Part shown: positions 60,227-64,000 of the stretch, one piece after another
Layout of the letters: each line of letters begins with the position of its first letter
Position numbering within the stretch: position 1 is the first letter of the stretch
Assembly (NCBI GenBank): GCA_963805085.1
Contig: CAWDTA010000002.1
Location: forward strand, 1,664,001-1,728,000
DNA: 64,000 nt
Direction: 5' to 3'
DNA from: an uncultured Veillonellaceae bacterium
GTDB lineage: Bacteria > Bacillota > Negativicutes > JARBTT01
The notes under the pieces: generated by a model
Told to the model about the DNA's origin: nothing
What the model saw: only the letters and a program-made list of their open reading frames with translations
Databases searched by the model: none
Program-made: the position numbers and the translations under genes

Positions 60227-61369
60227 CTATGTGCAAGAAGCACCGATAAAATTTATATTTTTCACAATCTTACTGGCGATATCGGGATATAAATGGTTAA
60301 ACTTCAAGAAAAAATGATAAGACAATACTAATATTTCTGTATCAGTTGCAGCTACGATACTTAATGTATGCCTAGTACGGTTAATTAAACCATTTCCATT
60401 GAGGTGTTGTCCTAAAGGTATTTTATCAATATCCAACGAGTCCGGAGAATGCAGTGTTCCTGAAAGTAAGACAATAATCTCTTGACTTACACTTTCGCGA
60501 GCCACAACGTAGTCGCCTTTAGAACATTGAACAATCACGCCACAACGATATAAGAATTTCTTCGCATCTGCTTCAGATAATCCTTGCAGTATTGGAATAC
60601 ATTTATTAGGAGCGTATCCTAGACGAGTACGTAGAATCTCCCAAAAAATTTCTTCAGTTACGAGTTGGCTGTTTGTAATAGTTGCGGCTCCAGGAAACCT
60701 AGAACGAAACCATTCAATGAATCGGTTGTTCTGTGTTTTTCCTTTATCAAGGGCTATCTTTAAAAAAGGAGAGTGTACCCTTCGCAAATGATCAATATCG
60801 TTTGGCATTACAACAAAATTAGCCAATGCCCCATAACTGGGATCTACGACATTTGTACCTATACGGCGATGTCCATAGTGTTCATGGAGAGGAAGCAAGT
60901 AAAAATTGGTACTTCCAAACCCAAAATCTACTTGATTATCGCAATACATCTCAAATACCTTGGTCATCAGTGTGGTGAATAATGGAAAGTTTCGATAGGA
61001 TGAAGCCACCATACCTTTTGAAGCAATCCCAAAGCTATAATTTTCATCTTTGTGGTAATATTCTTTAAATTTATCCATAGAATACATCTTTACTATTTCA
61101 GAAGGAAAGGATGATAGTTGTCCTATATTAACTCTTACAGTGCCAACAACCTCTGATCCTATTTTCGCGTAAAATAAAGTACCCCATTCATCTAATTCAT
61201 CATATAAAAGTTTGTTTTTATGATCTGCACCTACGAGATCATAGCCTATTTCTTCGGCATAGATAGTATACCGAAGACGATAGATTTCTTTTTTTTCTTC
61301 GGGCGTTGTTGCAATGCTAATTTTAATTACATCTGAGTCCGTAAGTGGCGTACAAGGTTCATTTTCCAT
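60227..61369 (-). CDS. GNAT-fold N-acyltransferase (LuxI/FeeM N-acyl amino acid synthase-like) with a C-terminal cNMP-binding-like domain
   Basis: ATTPEEKKEIYRLRYTIYAEEIG...DELDE...VVGTVR matches the LuxI/FeeM N-terminal pattern. The C-terminal PILQGLS...KGDYVV...LLSGTL...SIVAATDTEILVL...YPDIASKI is Crp-like. Confidence 0.78.
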   Translation of the reverse strand: MENEPCTPLTDSDVIKISIATTPEEKKEIYRLRYTIYAEEIGYDLVGADHKNKLLYDELDEWGTLFYAKIGSEVVGTVRVNIGQLSSFPSEIVKMYSMDKFKEYYHKDENYSFGIASKGMVASSYRNFPLFTTLMTKVFEMYCDNQVDFGFGSTNFYLLPLHEHYGHRRIGTNVVDPSYGALANFVVMPNDIDHLRRVHSPFLKIALDKGKTQNNRFIEWFRSRFPGAATITNSQLVTEEIFWEILRTRLGYAPNKCIPILQGLSEADAKKFLYRCGVIVQCSKGDYVVARESVSQEIIVLLSGTLHSPDSLDIDKIPLGQHLNGNGLINRTRHTLSIVAATDTEILVLSYHFFLKFNHLYPDIASKIVKNINFIGASCT

Positions 61370-61680
61370 AAATTTTGCCTCCTATATTGTTTAGTAATCA
61401 TTAGTGGATATTGCATTTACAAACAAAAAAGTATAATAAGATATATTATAGCAAATTTTTACACATATGACATAAAAAATAGAAAATTACACCATAAAAT
61501 AGCTTTTTTAGTAAGTATCTATAGAAATAACGAATTTTATATGGTAAATTAATGTAGTAATGGAATAAAAAACTATAATTGATTATTCGTATTCACAATT
61601 TCATTTAAATAATTTTTAAAGAACAAACTAGTATAGCCGTTGCCATGATCAAAAAATATGTTGAATTGGAGGGATATGAT

Positions 61681-62766
61681 TTGTATAAAGTGTTGCTTGT
61701 TGATGATGACAGGTCGATTTTATGTGGGCTAAGGCAATTTAAAGAATGGAAATCATGTGGATTCACTATTGAAGATGAGGCATGTGCTAGCAAGGAGGCA
61801 TTGGACAAACTGGTTGAAAAATGTTTTGATCTGGTAATTACCGATATCAGAATGCCTGGAATGGACGGACTAGAATTATTAAATAAGATTAAAGCCAGAA
61901 ACTTAGATACTTGTCTAATGATAATGAGCACCTATAATGATTTTGAATATGCGCAAGAAGGTATACGTCTTGGCGTATTTGACTATATTATGAAACCGAT
62001 GGACAGCAAGATTCTGGAGAGTGCCTTAACTCGGGTAAAAAGGCATTTGGATGACAAAAACTTCTTACAAAAAAGGTGCAAAGAAGAAAAACAAATGCTA
62101 TTCGAAGAAAACCTTAGATTTTTTTACCCAACGAGCCAAGAACAAAAACTTATTGATTTAATGATGATCGGTGACTATAAGACTATTGATGAAGCATCAA
62201 GTACTTGTTTAGAACTATTTAATTTGACGAATCAAGACCTAGTTAAGACAGATATACTGCTGGAAAAAATGCTCTTGAATTTAAGAGACAAAATTAATCA
62301 TAGTTTTCCCTGGCTGGCAACCCTTGAAGAAATAGTCTTTAATGATACTTTGACTGATGTGGAATCTATTGATGGTATTAAGACAAAGTTTTTGAGTTGT
62401 ATAAATACTATGCTGGAAATTATAAAAAGATATGAACTGCATCATCCAGACAGCGTAGTAGGGAAAACCTGTCGCTATGTAATAGAGCATGTCGAAGATA
62501 ATATAAAACTGGAGGATATTGCTAGCGTTGTACATATAAGCCAGGATTATATGGGCAAGTTGTTTAAACAGAAAACGGGATATAATTTTATTGATTATGC
62601 CACTAAAGTAAAAATGGAACATGCAAAACATCTGATTGTGACAGGTCAATATAAAAACTATGAATTAAGTGAAAAGCTTGGCTATAGTAGTACGGATTAC
62701 TTTTGTCGTCTATTTAAAGGTTACACTGGGGTTACACCAGTTGAATTTAGAAAAATGGGGAGTTAA
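61681..62766 (+). CDS. Response regulator, receiver plus AraC HTH (YesN-like), copy B (intact)
   Basis: VLLVDDD, TDIRMPGMDG, DYIMKP; AraC motifs SQDYMGKLFKQKTG and YFCRLFK..TG.TP.EFR; TTG start after GGAGG. Confidence 0.92.
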   Translation: MYKVLLVDDDRSILCGLRQFKEWKSCGFTIEDEACASKEALDKLVEKCFDLVITDIRMPGMDGLELLNKIKARNLDTCLMIMSTYNDFEYAQEGIRLGVFDYIMKPMDSKILESALTRVKRHLDDKNFLQKRCKEEKQMLFEENLRFFYPTSQEQKLIDLMMIGDYKTIDEASSTCLELFNLTNQDLVKTDILLEKMLLNLRDKINHSFPWLATLEEIVFNDTLTDVESIDGIKTKFLSCINTMLEIIKRYELHHPDSVVGKTCRYVIEHVEDNIKLEDIASVVHISQDYMGKLFKQKTGYNFIDYATKVKMEHAKHLIVTGQYKNYELSEKLGYSSTDYFCRLFKGYTGVTPVEFRKMGS

Positions 62767-62941
62767 TTATTTTTTATAGTTTAAACTGTAATTTAGTGAT
62801 TCCAGAGGGACAAAAAATAAAATGCTTTTTATATTGCACGATCGATGTTTCTGTTGACTTTTTCCACAATGCAGGGTAATATTTACCTAACAACCGGTCG
62901 TTAAATATATAAGTATTTTAACTAAATGGCAGGAGGCAACT

Positions 62942-63823
62942 ATGAATAAACGAATTGAAACCAAAGTATCCATTACTGCACTAGGAACTTGTCTTATGCG
63001 AGCTACCTCTTATTATGAAAATAATCCATACTATAAAAGTGAGGATTTTATTGCCTCTATGATTATACCAGCGTATCTTCGTACAATGACAAAATATACT
63101 ATTTCGCGAAGTATTCTAAAGAAAGCTTTATTTAAAGTTCCAGGAATATATGAGTATATCATTTCACGGACTAAATTTATTGACGAAATAGTCAACAGTC
63201 TTGCTGCGAATATTGATCAAGTATTGATCTTTGGCGCTGGATTCGATTCCCGAGCTATTCGGTTTAGAAATCAGTTAAAGAACGCGAAAGTATTTGAGCT
63301 TGACGCTCCAGTAACTCAGCAGGCAAAAATTAATAGATTTACGAAAAAAAATATTAATTTTCCACCGAATTTAAAGTTCATTTCCATTGACTTTAATAAA
63401 GAAGCATTAGTAGAAAAATTAGATGAAGCCGGGTTTGAAAAAAATCGCAGATGTCTTTTCCTTTTAGAAGGGTTAACCTATTATCTTAATCAAGAAGCTA
63501 TTGATAGTACATTAAATCTTATAAGTGAGTATTCTGCGAAAGACAGTCTAATTGTTTTTGATTATGCGTCCGCCTCAGCAGTTCGGCAAGAGAAAATTCA
63601 TGGTGACACTAATATAGAAAAGCATTACAAAAAACTTGTCAAATCGGGTGAAAAGCCTAGTTATATGATTGAGGGGTCAATAGAAAAATTTTTAGAAAAA
63701 TATAAATTTGGATTAATTAAGGAAGTGGATTCGGCTCATTTAGCAGAAAAATATTTTAATAAAGAAGATTTTGAGCGAATCACCCAGAAGTTTAGGATTG
63801 TCCAGGCGATAAAGAATGTCTAA
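62942..63823 (+). CDS. Class I SAM-dependent methyltransferase (leucine carboxyl methyltransferase/YktD-like)
   Basis: SRTKFID, QVLIFGAGFDSRA, FELD, LLEGLTYYL. Confidence 0.88.
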   Translation: MNKRIETKVSITALGTCLMRATSYYENNPYYKSEDFIASMIIPAYLRTMTKYTISRSILKKALFKVPGIYEYIISRTKFIDEIVNSLAANIDQVLIFGAGFDSRAIRFRNQLKNAKVFELDAPVTQQAKINRFTKKNINFPPNLKFISIDFNKEALVEKLDEAGFEKNRRCLFLLEGLTYYLNQEAIDSTLNLISEYSAKDSLIVFDYASASAVRQEKIHGDTNIEKHYKKLVKSGEKPSYMIEGSIEKFLEKYKFGLIKEVDSAHLAEKYFNKEDFERITQKFRIVQAIKNV

Positions 63824-63880
63824 CTAGTAGCGGGGAGTGACTACTTAAATTTATCTGGTGAATTTTTCTGCATTTCATAC

Positions 63881-63909
63881 TTGACATATGTTAGACGTCT
63901 AACTATAAT
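63881..63909 (+). promoter_or_regulatory. Sigma70/A promoter with a palindromic operator in the spacer
   Basis: TTGACA-17-TATAAT containing GTTAGACGTCTAAC (63890-63903). Confidence 0.8.
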
Positions 63910-63915
63910 GAAAGC

Positions 63916-64000
63916 ATGAAGAAAAATGTAGTTGCTCTTGTGAGCCGAATAACAGAAAAAGCGCACAAACTTATTGTAAGAGAGCTTGAAGCGCGTGGAG
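63916..64000 (+). CDS. Start of a probable MarR family regulator (runs off the window)
   Basis: MKKNVVALVSRITEKAHKLIVRELEARG is open to the window edge, resembles a MarR helix 1 and has an autoregulatory-type palindrome upstream. Confidence 0.55.
   Translation, partial: MKKNVVALVSRITEKAHKLIVRELEARG

Larger units (their letters stand above)
55004..62801. repeat. Direct duplication of the HK/acyltransferase/RR module: copy A about 55004-58309, copy B about 58830-62801
   Basis: Both copies begin TTTGTACTAATAAACCACATCCGG and end GTTTAAACTGTAATTTAG. Kinase-core DNA, the divergent promoter region and RR DNA are nearly identical. Confidence 0.95.

Noticed and set aside
196-62649. Many short antisense or nested ORFs in the six-frame track
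   Set aside because: They lie within well-supported genes on the opposite strand or another frame and show no motifs.

Overview
Low-GC chromosomal window, probably from a spore-forming Negativicute (Sporomusaceae-like). This is inferred from Firmicutes-type T-box and promoter signals together with RND, TTT and Tat genes; it is not proven. From left to right it holds: a 7TM-GGDEF gene; an alcohol dehydrogenase/old-yellow-enzyme/TetR operon; a three-gene cellulase operon (GH48, GH9, GH44) whose products lack signal peptides and share a near-identical Ig-CBM3 tail; glycerate kinase; a HIT gene; an RsbW/RsbV/PP2C partner-switch cluster with an MCP; a GGDEF-EAL gene; a Tat-exported metallophosphoesterase with Pho-like boxes; a TetR-RND pump; a MITE-like insertion in a terminator; an 11-subunit complex I-like operon; transporters (TTT, a T-box-controlled SSS, ABC, MATE) and their regulators. 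The best candidate for an undescribed system is at 55.0-62.8 kb: a tandemly duplicated module of a LuxI/FeeM-like N-acyltransferase with a cNMP-like domain, a multi-TM histidine kinase and a divergent AraC-type response regulator. The synthase-plus-sensor segment differs strongly between copies while the flanks are nearly identical, resembling the agr specificity cassette. One copy keeps only its receptor intact, and a tRNA-Ser att remnant and a dead excisionase lie between the copies. All family calls come from motif recognition by eye; no searches were run.
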